Below are positions 18,907-28,418 of a stretch of 64,000 nucleotides of DNA, piece after piece; within the stretch, counting starts at the first letter, position 1, and each line of letters begins with the position of its first letter. Under the pieces are notes generated by a model that saw nothing but the letters and a program-made list of their open reading frames with translations, did not search any database and was not told where the DNA came from. The position numbers and the translations under genes were made by a program. Source of the DNA: Desulfosoma sp. (GTDB lineage: Bacteria; Desulfobacterota; Syntrophobacteria; Syntrophobacterales; DSM-9756); contig JBBFKW010000016.1 in NCBI GenBank assembly GCA_037481835.1, forward strand, positions 1 to 64,000. Direction: 5' to 3'.

Positions 18907-21003
18907 TTAACCTCCAGGATTAGTGGATGCGAGGGCAACCGGATACACGGCACCGCTTCCTGCTTTTCTTAGTAAAACGGCCGCCAACGTCATGGTCCAG
19001 CCTGAATCGACGATGTCATCGACCAAGAGCACCGGATGAGGCAGCACCGTCCCGGCAACCTTAAAGGCACCGTCCAGGTTCTTGCATTGATGGTAACGGT
19101 TTTGTTGCATCTTCTGCGGTTCGTTTTCCCGCACCTTTTGGATGGAGGGAATGAAGGGCAATCCAAGTCGTCGAGCCAACCTGAGAGCCATATCCGGAAC
19201 TAGGCAGGGGTGGCGCAACGACGGAACGCAGGTCACCCACCGCGGTTTGGGAAAAGGCTTCCAACGTTCCACGATCATTTCGGCCATCGCCTCAACGAGC
19301 TCCTCCCGAAACCGACCGGCGTGCTTGTCTTGAGCCACCCACTCCCCCCACGGCGTATCACCCCACCGGCAGAGAATTCTTCCGCGCTCGGCGCTGAGTT
19401 CGTCCGGTATTCTGCCCCGAAGTCCGTAAGCGGTAAAGACTCCTTTGGGAGCGTATCTGTTGGGAATGAAGACTCTTTCCGAATGCCTGAGGAAAAGCTC
19501 CGCCTCTCGAAGCAAATCCCCGTCCGCTTCCGGGGCAAACACATGTTCTCCGCGACAGACCGAGCAGCGCCCACAACGCCTCACGGTCGGATCGTCGAGC
19601 ACTCGGCAGAGAAAAACCATCAAGCAGGTGGAAGAGTGCAGATAGCCTTGTACCTGTCGCCATTCCGATTCCCTTTGTCGGGTCAGTCGCTCAATGCGCA
19701 TCCGGTCGATCCGATAAGGAACCGGGCTCCTTCTCCAATACCAGCCATCCTTAAAGATGGGGGCCGGCTCTTCAACACTCAGAATCTTGAGGATCTTCTC
19801 TATCACACCGGGCGGGATGTTCAGCCTGGCCCCGATTTGGGCCCGCGTCAACCCATCGGATTGTTCGAGAACCTCCAGGACGGCCCGCACATCCTCTTCT
19901 TCCGGAAAGGCCGTGCGCCGTAAATATTCATGGACCTGCTCATCTTCCTCTCCCGCCAGCATGATGCCGTAAGCGGTATGGAGCGCTCTGCCGGCACGGC
20001 CCACCTGCTGGTAGTAGCTCAAAATCGAACTGGGAGCCTGGTAGTGAATGACGAATCCCAAATCCGGCTTATCGTAACCCATTCCCAACGCCGTGGTGGC
20101 CACCAAGACCTTCAGTTGATTGGTAAGCAGAAGGTCTTCGAGATGTTGGCGAGACTCGTCACTATTTTCATGATCCGGCTCGAGCACCCCGCTGAAGTAA
20201 GGCCTGGCATGGATTCCCTTGCGGTTCAACCAGTCCGCAACCTTTTCCGCGTCCCGCCTGGTGAGAACATAGACGATTCCAGTTCCCGGGAGCTTGGGGA
20301 TGTTTTGGGCGAGCCAGGCAAGTCGAGCCGCCTGGCTGGGAAGATACAGCGCGTCCAGCACAAGACTCTCCCGGATCAGGGGGCCTCGCTGAATGGAGAT
20401 GTTTCCCAAAAGGGACGACACATCCCGCACGACACGGTCGTTGGCCGTTGCCGTGGTGCACAGGAGAGGCATGTTGGGAGGGAGGTATCTCAGAATATGT
20501 AGCAAACGGCGGTAATCGGGCCGGAAATCATGCCCCCAGTCGGAAATGCAGTGGGCTTCGTCCACTACCAGCAATCCCACGCGGTCGGCGATGGGAAGCA
20601 GGGTCTTCCGGACAAAGTTTTCGTCGGCCAGCCGCTCTGGGGAAATCAAGAGAGCGTCCACTTGATCGGCCGCGACCTGGTCCATGATGTGCGACCATCT
20701 GTTCCTGTTGGATGAGTTGATGGTCTGGGCCCGAATGCCGATCCGCTTAGCGGCTTCAATCTGGTTTCTCATAAGCGCCAGCAGGGGCGAAACGATGAGG
20801 GACGGGCCCGCTCCCTTTTGGCGCAGGATCCGGGTGCTCAGGAAGTAGATGACGCTCTTGCCCCAACCCGTCTTTTGGACCACCAGGATCCTTTTTCGGT
20901 GATTGACAAGAGCTTCGATGGTTTCCCATTGGCCCGGCCGAAAGGATGCCTTTTCATTTCCAACGGCGACCTTCAGGAGTTTTTCCGCAGCGTGCCTGTC
21001 CAT
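18907..21003 (-). CDS. RecQ-family helicase fused to a ComF-like phosphoribosyltransferase domain
   Basis: TGWGKS, DEAHCISDWGHDFRPDY, QQVGRAGR, Zn motif RCGRCSVC, C-terminal VLLVDDIVDSGWT. RBS GAGGAG precedes the ATG at 21003. Confidence 0.88.
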   Translation of the reverse strand: MDRHAAEKLLKVAVGNEKASFRPGQWETIEALVNHRKRILVVQKTGWGKSVIYFLSTRILRQKGAGPSLIVSPLLALMRNQIEAAKRIGIRAQTINSSNRNRWSHIMDQVAADQVDALLISPERLADENFVRKTLLPIADRVGLLVVDEAHCISDWGHDFRPDYRRLLHILRYLPPNMPLLCTTATANDRVVRDVSSLLGNISIQRGPLIRESLVLDALYLPSQAARLAWLAQNIPKLPGTGIVYVLTRRDAEKVADWLNRKGIHARPYFSGVLEPDHENSDESRQHLEDLLLTNQLKVLVATTALGMGYDKPDLGFVIHYQAPSSILSYYQQVGRAGRALHTAYGIMLAGEEDEQVHEYLRRTAFPEEEDVRAVLEVLEQSDGLTRAQIGARLNIPPGVIEKILKILSVEEPAPIFKDGWYWRRSPVPYRIDRMRIERLTRQRESEWRQVQGYLHSSTCLMVFLCRVLDDPTVRRCGRCSVCRGEHVFAPEADGDLLREAELFLRHSERVFIPNRYAPKGVFTAYGLRGRIPDELSAERGRILCRWGDTPWGEWVAQDKHAGRFREELVEAMAEMIVERWKPFPKPRWVTCVPSLRHPCLVPDMALRLARRLGLPFIPSIQKVRENEPQKMQQNRYHQCKNLDGAFKVAGTVLPHPVLLVDDIVDSGWTMTLAAVLLRKAGSGAVYPVALASTNPGG

Positions 21004-21086
21004 GTTCTCCTCGCGCATTTGAGCTCTCTGTCCGCGGGCGGGAGAAACCAAACCGACCCTCGGCAGGTGCCGGCCCGCCCCATGGA

Positions 21087-21706
21087 TCACCTTCCCCCTT
21101 TCCCCGAAAGATGCCCATGGAGGAAATCTTCTGGCGCGTGGATTGGCTTTCCTTTCGGGCGGAGGGCGCCTTCGGGCAGGAGGGCCGGGGGCGGATCGAG
21201 CCGGGTTCGGTAGGGGGCGCCCGTTTCAAGGGCCTGCTGCATGGCGTCGTAGATTTCCAAGATGACGCGTTTGGTTCGATATTCCCCGTATTGTTGTTCG
21301 TCCTTTCGGCGGACGATGGGGAAGGTGTCCAGAATGGAGTCCACGGCATGGCGCGGCGTGGGGAAATGGCGCTTCAGTTCCTTGAGTTCTTTGGGAGTTT
21401 TGTCGCGAACGGCCCCCTTGTCCTTCCGGGCGGGCTTCCATTGTCCGTCCGCCGTGGCGGGAAGGTCAAGATGGAAAAAGGCCGCGTCCAGCTCGCAGCG
21501 GAGCAGGAACCGGCGTTCCTCGTCCCATCGGAAAGGCGGCCCGTCGTAGCCGCAGTCCCGAGCAAAGGGCTCCATGTCCCAAGCCGTGTAGGTCAGTTCC
21601 AGGACACGCGGGAGGAGCCAGTTCTCAAGGTTTTCATTATCGGCGGCCCATAAGCATGTGCTCTCAAAGAGCTGTGGCAGCAGCACAGGTAATTGCTCGG
21701 CCTGAA
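21087..21706 (-). pseudogene. C-terminal fragment of a type IIG/DISARM-like adenine methyltransferase
   Basis: [47 protein letters not shown] and [24 protein letters not shown]. No MTase catalytic motifs remain. Confidence 0.7.
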
Positions 21707-21794
21707 ACCTTTCGCAATGGAGCAGATCGAGCACGGCCTGCCTCTCCTGATCCGTGAGTGCCAGAGGGGGTGCCGGCCGGCTTGGCGGTGCCAC
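21707..21794 (-). mobile_element. IS3-family transposase scar
   Basis: [27 protein letters not shown] resembles the start of IS3 OrfB and is fused in frame to the MTase fragment. Confidence 0.55.
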
Positions 21795-21829
21795 GGGCGG
21801 CTTCAGTTTCCGGTAAAAGTTTGCCCTAG

Positions 21830-21928
21830 GAGCTTGTCCGAGAATGCCGATTTTGTTGGTTTATGGCATCGTAAGTATCTGATTTTATGTTGCCCACGTC
21901 GGCAAGAATGGAATTGCCGGACAGCCTC
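21830..21928. mobile_element. 99-bp MITE with terminal inverted repeats and CTAG target duplication
   Basis: CTAG (21826-21829), then GAGCTTGTCCGAGAAT ... ATTGCCGGACAGCCTC, then CTAG (21929-21932). Confidence 0.75.
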
Positions 21929-21929
21929 C

Positions 21930-22614
21930 TAGGGCTTTTCCCCATCGGCCCATTCCCGCGATCCCTTCGCACGGCCCCCCTCCCCCCCGAAGGGGGAAGG
22001 GGGGCTTGATTGTTTTCCCCCTTTTTGGGTGCCACAGGTGGATGAGGGAAATGCCCGGCCGGGCCGTAGGGGACGTCGACAACGCTCAGGACGCCTGCCC
22101 GCTGAAGCCGCATGAAGGCCCGTTCGGCGCTCTTTTGAGTAAATCCGATGGCAGAGGCGACAACTCTTTCCTGGGACGTCAGGGGGATGGGGGATCCGTA
22201 TCGGCCGAGTCCTCGGGCCCCTGTATCTCGCCGGTCCGATAGGAGATCTTTTCCGCCCACTGGCTGTCGGCGCGCTCAATGAGGTCGTCCATCCCGCGGT
22301 CGAACAGGCCCAACTGGCGCTCCTTGGGCGGGATGAGCAGGCGCTTTTCGGCCGCGCCCGGGTTTCCAGCGAACCGTCTTCCGGGATGTGGAAAATGGCC
22401 AAGGGCTGGGATTGCAGGGCGCGGCAGATGAGGATCATCCGATGGCACACCGTGGGGTCCTTTTTCGGCGCACAAGAGAGCGATCCGATAGGTTTCAGGC
22501 CCTTTAACAGGAGCCGCTCCAGGCCCGCTTGGAAAGCATCCGTTCCGAGCGAGCTTTTCGCAGCTCACAGGCCCGTTTTCGTAGCAGGACGGGTCGTCGG
22601 ATGGCGGTCCAAGC
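21930..22614. repeat. Direct repeat, copy 2 (DUF488 pseudogene lacking its 5' end)
   Basis: Copy of 14830-15514. The right ~420 bp look identical and the left part is diverged. Confidence 0.95.
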
Positions 22615-22687
22615 TCACGAAACTGTTCGCGAATGCCGCCTCCCACTCTATGGATGCCTGGGCCTCGCGAATCAGCCGGCGTACTAC

Positions 22688-25393
22688 TCACCACGGCGCC
22701 GACAGCTTGTCCACGATGTCGCGCCTGGCGAGAACCCGTGAGCACAGCTCCCATCTGTCCTTGTCTGGGTCCACCTGCCTCTCATAGCGGATCTCGAAGG
22801 CGTCGCGCGCCTGCTCACGCAGATGAACGTACTGGTCCATCATCTGCTCGAGTTTCTCGACGTTCTCGATCCACTCGTCGTCAATTGTGTCGGGGAGGCT
22901 ACCGAAGATGTCGTAGCGGTCCTTCATGCGGCGCGAAAGCGCCTGGTAGACCTTCTCGTCCTGCGTGTCGTGGTAGACGAGGTTCAGCATGTCGACGGTC
23001 TGGCGCCGCTGGCCGAAACGCTTGATGCGCCCGAGGCGCTGCTCCAGCCGCGACGGATTCCACGGCAGGTCGACGTTGATCATCGTGCCGAGCGTCTGGA
23101 GGTTGAGCCCCTCGCACGCGGCATCGGTCGCGACAAGGAGCCGGATTTCGTGCCTTCTCACGGCCGCCTTGATCTCCTCGCGCTCCACTGAGGCGAAAAC
23201 GCCGTTGCGGTAGAGTCCGCTCTTTCCCGCCCCAGCATAGATCGCAACGACCTCGCCGCTGAACGCCTCAGCCAGCTCTTTAGCCAGTGCGCGAACGGTG
23301 TCGTAGTACTGGCTGAAGACAATGCAACCGTGTTCCAGCCAGGTTTTCCCTTCGGTGCGGTGCTCGGTAAGGAAGTACTTCACCGCGGCGGTCTTCGGGT
23401 CGTGAGCTTCGGGCCGGGAGAGCTCGTCCACGATGGTGTCGAGGAACCCGGCCTCTTCCAGAGTCAGATCCTCAAGGAGACCTTGCAACTGGTGTGGAGT
23501 TTCTTCGTCCTCTATCACCTCCCGTCGACGCATCCTCTCCGCCGTCGCGAGGCCCGATGCGAAGCTGGAACAGATGCGCTGCAGGAGCAAGGTTTTCATG
23601 AATCCGGCAGCCTTCGAACGCTTGCGCAGGGCCGCAGTGAAGTCCTCCGCGGCACGATAAGCGAGATTGAAAGGGTGATTGGTCGTGAGACCCAGACCCT
23701 CGAAGTTCACCCCGCGGTAAGTCCCGGGCGGGGCATCCGGATCCGGGTGAACCTCGACACCGATTCGCTCCAGGAGTCCTTGATCCTCCAGAGTGCGTCG
23801 CCGCCGCAGCACCGTGTGCCGGACAATCGGGTTGTTGTCGCGCAGGAAACCCGGCTCGAGTGCCTGCACGAGGGCCTGCTTTTCAGGAAAACCAAGTGAA
23901 CCGAAGCCGCGATTGGCGAAGAACTGGTCGTCCGGAATGTCGAGCTGAAGACGCAATGTTGCGAACAGCGGGTGCTCGATCGCAGGAGGCAGTGGGTTCT
24001 TGATCCATTCCCACGCCTCGCGCTCGTCCGCCGGGTTCTGCTCGCCCTTGACAACAGGGAGCGCTTTTTCGAAGTCGGCCCATAGGGAGAAGAGTTCGCG
24101 GCCGAAAACGAAGTCGGCGCCGCTGTTCAGAATCCGCAACAAATCCCAAAGTTCGTGGACTTCCGTCTGGATCGGCGTCGCTGTACCAAGCAGGAGGTGC
24201 CTCGTGCGAGGTGCGATTTTCAGCATGAAGTCGAGCAGATTGTTGGGTTCCTTCTCGCGCTTGCCGAGGCCACCTCGGCGCCGCGCCCGGTGGGCCTCAT
24301 CGAGGATCACCGTGCCGTACTTGCGCTCGAGCAGGTGCTTCCGCTCGGCCGAGTCGTGGAAGATCAACCCCGTCGAGACGATGGCGATCTGGGTGGGACA
24401 ACGGGCGATGTCTTCGGATCCGCGGGTGCGGATCTCGTGACCTCGGTGATCGATCCAGAGCTTCTTGTTCGAAGACCAGACAGCGCTCGGTATTCCGAGC
24501 TTGTCCGCTAGCTCCAACTGCCATTGAAGGGTCAGCGTCGCCGGGCAGAGGATGAGCACCGGGCCGTCTTCGAGAAGTGCGGCAACCAGCGCACTCGTCG
24601 CCAGCGAGAGGGTCTTGCCGACGCCCACCTCGTCGGCCAAGAGCAGGCGTGCCTTGCCGTAGACTTCTCGGTGCTTCAGAAACGTGGTGACAAACGAACG
24701 TTGCCACGGCTGGAGCTGCTCGCCGCCGCGATAAATCGGCGCTTCAGCGAGCGCCGCCCCGGGAAGCTCATTGGCTGAAACGTCACCGAAGCGGATCTCG
24801 ACGCGCTTCGCCACCCGCTCGATCTCTTCGACGATCGCATCGGGCAGCGGGTAGGCGTCCTCCCAGAGCGCGGCAAATTCTTCCTCGACCCAGGCGACGC
24901 CCTCTTCGGAGGGATCCTCCCAGAGGATCTCGTAGTTTTCGGCAAAGGCGCTCTTCGTCTCGTTGATCGAGCCGAGGAAGCAGGTCTTGGTGCCGTCGGC
25001 AAGCTCAATGACGCCGGCCTTGCCGTGGATGAAGACCCTGTCCCGCGGGACAACCCGGATTTCGACCCGGCCGCTTGTGAGCAGTTCGTGAAGCCGCCGG
25101 TAGCGCTCGCGATGAAGCAGCGCCTCTACTTCGGGCAGCGCCTCGTTCCAACGTTCCTTGAGGGCGGTCTCCCGAGCGTGCTTCGCCACGGCGATGTCCG
25201 CGGCGTCGAGGTCGCTGTTGCAGACCATCTGAACCTTGGGGATATGTCCGATCTCCTCGCCGACCAGCTCGAAGATGGAGCTTCGGAAATACCCCGCGAT
25301 GCGGCGGTAGGAGCGGGCACCCTTGAGCTTCTCGTTCAGGAAGGCGTGGTCGAGACGTTGCCGACGCGAGGAAAAGCGGCGAAGTCCGCTCAT
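22688..25393 (-). CDS. PLD-nuclease/SNF2 helicase of a restriction-like anti-phage system
   Basis: PLD motif IHGKAGV..GSINET. SF2 motifs LLADEVGVGKT, DEAH, TATP, EGLNLQ, WNPSRLEQRLGRIKRFGQ. Confidence 0.9.
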   Translation of the reverse strand: MSGLRRFSSRRQRLDHAFLNEKLKGARSYRRIAGYFRSSIFELVGEEIGHIPKVQMVCNSDLDAADIAVAKHARETALKERWNEALPEVEALLHRERYRRLHELLTSGRVEIRVVPRDRVFIHGKAGVIELADGTKTCFLGSINETKSAFAENYEILWEDPSEEGVAWVEEEFAALWEDAYPLPDAIVEEIERVAKRVEIRFGDVSANELPGAALAEAPIYRGGEQLQPWQRSFVTTFLKHREVYGKARLLLADEVGVGKTLSLATSALVAALLEDGPVLILCPATLTLQWQLELADKLGIPSAVWSSNKKLWIDHRGHEIRTRGSEDIARCPTQIAIVSTGLIFHDSAERKHLLERKYGTVILDEAHRARRRGGLGKREKEPNNLLDFMLKIAPRTRHLLLGTATPIQTEVHELWDLLRILNSGADFVFGRELFSLWADFEKALPVVKGEQNPADEREAWEWIKNPLPPAIEHPLFATLRLQLDIPDDQFFANRGFGSLGFPEKQALVQALEPGFLRDNNPIVRHTVLRRRRTLEDQGLLERIGVEVHPDPDAPPGTYRGVNFEGLGLTTNHPFNLAYRAAEDFTAALRKRSKAAGFMKTLLLQRICSSFASGLATAERMRRREVIEDEETPHQLQGLLEDLTLEEAGFLDTIVDELSRPEAHDPKTAAVKYFLTEHRTEGKTWLEHGCIVFSQYYDTVRALAKELAEAFSGEVVAIYAGAGKSGLYRNGVFASVEREEIKAAVRRHEIRLLVATDAACEGLNLQTLGTMINVDLPWNPSRLEQRLGRIKRFGQRRQTVDMLNLVYHDTQDEKVYQALSRRMKDRYDIFGSLPDTIDDEWIENVEKLEQMMDQYVHLREQARDAFEIRYERQVDPDKDRWELCSRVLARRDIVDKLSAPW

Positions 25394-25394
25394 T

Positions 25395-28300
25395 TCAACC
25401 GATCCTCTGGTTGCGCACCGCCTCGGCCAGCACCCGCGCTGAGGTCGCTTCCGCTGGGCGCAGGTGTTCGAGCCGTCCGGCAAGGTAGTCGGCAATGGCA
25501 ATCACCCGATCGCGCTGGGTGAGGTCGGCATAATAGTCGGGCACGTTGTGGGTGAGATGGGTCAGCACCTCGGCTGTATCCACGTCCTTTTGAAGTTCCA
25601 TGAGGGCATACAGCACCGCGCGCAGCACGGACTGGTAGAGCTCTGATCCCTCGCTCATCTCGGCTCGGCCAAACTCCACTGCCGATTTGAGCCGGGCGTG
25701 GTTTGCACGGCGATCGCCCATCATGGCGTAGAAGTCGCGCACCTTGAAGGCCTTGGCGAAGTTCTGGTAGTTGTCGAGCGTTTTTGCCCCGCGCGACTCC
25801 ATGTCGAGCATCTTCAAGTAGAACCGTTCGGCTCCCGAGAGTTTTGACCACAACCCCCGGTCGATGCCCTGGGGCACCAGGCACTGGTTGGCCGTATCAA
25901 CGGCAAAGGCGATCAGCTCGTCGACAAACGTGGTTTCCCCCTTGACGCGCGGCCGGATCGCCTCGGCGGTCATGTCGCGGCCGTCGATGCGCGCATATTG
26001 GGTCAGGCACTTGAGCGCCGCCGCATAGCCCGCCATCTGGAGATCGGCATCCTCGAAGACGTTCTCGTCCCGGTAGATGCCGCGCGCTTCCTGGTTAAGA
26101 CCGGTAAGCATTTCCACCTGCTTTTCGACCTCCTCCTGGATCTCCCAAGCGAGGTCGTCGCGAGTCGTCTTGAGCTCCCCTTTCCGCTTGCGGCAGACGA
26201 GGAGCACCGTGCCCTTCACGTAACTTCCTTCGCGAAGCGCCGAGTCGGTCTCCGTGACCACGTACCAGGCGGCGGTCACCTGCAGGCCCGCGGCCCAGAC
26301 GATGTTGGCCATGTCGGCCCAGATCGCGCCCGACTGGTGGGTGAACATGATGATCTGAAGGCCATTGTCCGGCATGCACTCGGTCATGCGCTTGTAGGCA
26401 GCCACCATCTTGCGGCGGAAGTCCTCGTCCTCGCCCTTGATGGCCAGCGCCCGGCGGCTGTCCCAGACCCAGTTCGCAAACTCCGGCGGCAGGTTCTTCC
26501 GCAGCCAGGCGATGAAGAACTCGAGGATCTCCTCGTACTTCACCGCATCGCCGTAGGGGGGGTCGGTGATGAAGAGATCAGCTTCGTATGTTGTCGAGTC
26601 CGCAGGTTTAGCAACAACAAAAGTCGCGGCGGTGGTGATAGGTGCGTGGAAATAGTCCACGAGTATGTGATTGGCGGCATATTGAACACCCCGACAGCCG
26701 TAGTTGAAAAATGTGTTGAGCGCTTGGTTATAGAAGCTCTGCTTCACAGCGCCGCCCCCGCCGTCACTTATTGACCAATGCGAAAGGCGGCTATTCCAGT
26801 TCAGGACTTGGCAGAAACCAAACTTCAGCCGCGCATTGCTCCTCCGATTGATCAGCGCCCCCAACAGCAACTGCCGCGGGTTGAACAGGTGGTGCCAGTG
26901 CGTCCAGCCTCGCGTGCGGATCGGCTCGTCGGTCTTGTCCCCTGGCTCGATGCGCATGTCGGGCACCCAGCCCTTCTCCTGCCACTCGGCGAGATGCTGG
27001 GCGACGTACTCCTCAACGATCCGCTCGCGCTCGAGGTCGGCTTCCGTCACCGCCCGGAACTCGTACTCGTGGCTCTTGCCCGAGTCCTTGGGCCGCATCC
27101 ACTGGATGCAGTAGAGGCGCTCCTGGAAGATGTCGTCGGGTTGAGGCTTAAAGTCATGCTTCTCCCAGAGCCGCAGGCGGTTGCCCGTGCTCCCGTCCGG
27201 CTTTTTGTAGTCGCCGCGAAGCGTCGAGATCTTGGTGCGGTATTCGCGGCCGTTCACCGTGTGGATCATGTAAGGATCATGGCCGCGGCCATCGGAACGC
27301 ACGGTGCCTTTTTCCGCCGCCTTCAGCTCCGCGTCGCTCACGCCGGAGCGGATGGCGATGTCGTAGCGCTTGCGCGCAGGGTCGGGCACGAGTTCGGCGA
27401 TAACCTTGTAGCCCTTGCTCACTACGAGCGTCGGCAGGAGCGGCACCATCCAGCCCGTCTCTGGGCAGCGCGCCTCAACACAGTAAAGAAACACCTTGGC
27501 CCGCCATCCGTTGCCGTCGGTCTCGATGCCCAGACGGTCGATCTCAGCCTGCACCTGCTCGACCAACGCCTGCTGGTCGCGCTCGAGCTGCGCGCGCTTC
27601 TCAGGTGAGCCGCCCACGATGTGGAACGCACCCCAGGTGAGCATGCAGGCGACGGGATTGAGGTCCGAGGCGTAAACATCGCAGCCAAGGCGTGCAGCCT
27701 CGAAGGGGATCTGCCCCGAGCCGCAAAAGGTGTCGGCAACCTTCGGGCGGTGGCCGAAGCGCATGATGCCGAGCTGCTCGATGAGCTCCGGGAACGAGTG
27801 CGCGTTCGTGCCTAGATGCGTGTTGACTTCTTCCCAGATGTGGTCGTGGACGTCCGGCACTTCCTCGGAACGGAGGCTTGCAGCCACTCGTTCGCGATAG
27901 GGGACGTGGGGCAGCATCTGCGCCTCCAGCCTGCGGCGATCGCGCTCGGGCAGGTCCTTTCTCCAGGCGACCTTGACCTTCGCATAGAGCGGGTTCGACC
28001 AATCCACCGGCGAGGACATGGGCAGGGCATCGTCCGGGGTGACGGTAAAGTAGTCGCGGATGCGGGCAAGCGCGACCTTTTCGAGGATTTCCTTGGGCTT
28101 CGGGCGTCGCTTGGCGCGAGCGGCGAAGGAGGCGTCATCCATCCCCATGAGCATCTCGAAGATCTCGAGATCGCGTTTAGGGTTGTCGGTAGCGGGCAAG
28201 AGCGCCCCCAGCACGCAGGCCTTGGCGAGGATCAGAGGCTTTCTGCCCTTCCAGTAGGAGCCGAGTGCGGTCAGGGTCTTGCCGTGGACCGCCATCTGCT

Positions 28301-28418
28301 CTTTGTACGCCTCGGCCGAGAGCTTCTGCACAGGCAGGAGGCGCTCGATCAGGGCAGGCGCGTTCGCAAGAGAGAAAGGAACAATGTCAGGCTGCTGGGA
28401 TAATGCGCAACGGCTCAT
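25395..28418 (-). CDS. DUF1156 adenine-specific DNA methyltransferase
   Basis: TLTALGSYWKGRKPL, motif I DTFCGSGQIP, motif IV TDPPY. ATG at 28418 overlaps the upstream stop. Confidence 0.88.
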   Translation of the reverse strand: MSRCALSQQPDIVPFSLANAPALIERLLPVQKLSAEAYKEQMAVHGKTLTALGSYWKGRKPLILAKACVLGALLPATDNPKRDLEIFEMLMGMDDASFAARAKRRPKPKEILEKVALARIRDYFTVTPDDALPMSSPVDWSNPLYAKVKVAWRKDLPERDRRRLEAQMLPHVPYRERVAASLRSEEVPDVHDHIWEEVNTHLGTNAHSFPELIEQLGIMRFGHRPKVADTFCGSGQIPFEAARLGCDVYASDLNPVACMLTWGAFHIVGGSPEKRAQLERDQQALVEQVQAEIDRLGIETDGNGWRAKVFLYCVEARCPETGWMVPLLPTLVVSKGYKVIAELVPDPARKRYDIAIRSGVSDAELKAAEKGTVRSDGRGHDPYMIHTVNGREYRTKISTLRGDYKKPDGSTGNRLRLWEKHDFKPQPDDIFQERLYCIQWMRPKDSGKSHEYEFRAVTEADLERERIVEEYVAQHLAEWQEKGWVPDMRIEPGDKTDEPIRTRGWTHWHHLFNPRQLLLGALINRRSNARLKFGFCQVLNWNSRLSHWSISDGGGGAVKQSFYNQALNTFFNYGCRGVQYAANHILVDYFHAPITTAATFVVAKPADSTTYEADLFITDPPYGDAVKYEEILEFFIAWLRKNLPPEFANWVWDSRRALAIKGEDEDFRRKMVAAYKRMTECMPDNGLQIIMFTHQSGAIWADMANIVWAAGLQVTAAWYVVTETDSALREGSYVKGTVLLVCRKRKGELKTTRDDLAWEIQEEVEKQVEMLTGLNQEARGIYRDENVFEDADLQMAGYAAALKCLTQYARIDGRDMTAEAIRPRVKGETTFVDELIAFAVDTANQCLVPQGIDRGLWSKLSGAERFYLKMLDMESRGAKTLDNYQNFAKAFKVRDFYAMMGDRRANHARLKSAVEFGRAEMSEGSELYQSVLRAVLYALMELQKDVDTAEVLTHLTHNVPDYYADLTQRDRVIAIADYLAGRLEHLRPAEATSARVLAEAVRNQRIG

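Noticed and set aside
17476..21003. Housekeeping competence dprA and repair recQ
   Set aside because: The PRTase fusion, missing HRDC domain, double wHTH and island context differ from the core genes, so no gene symbols were given.
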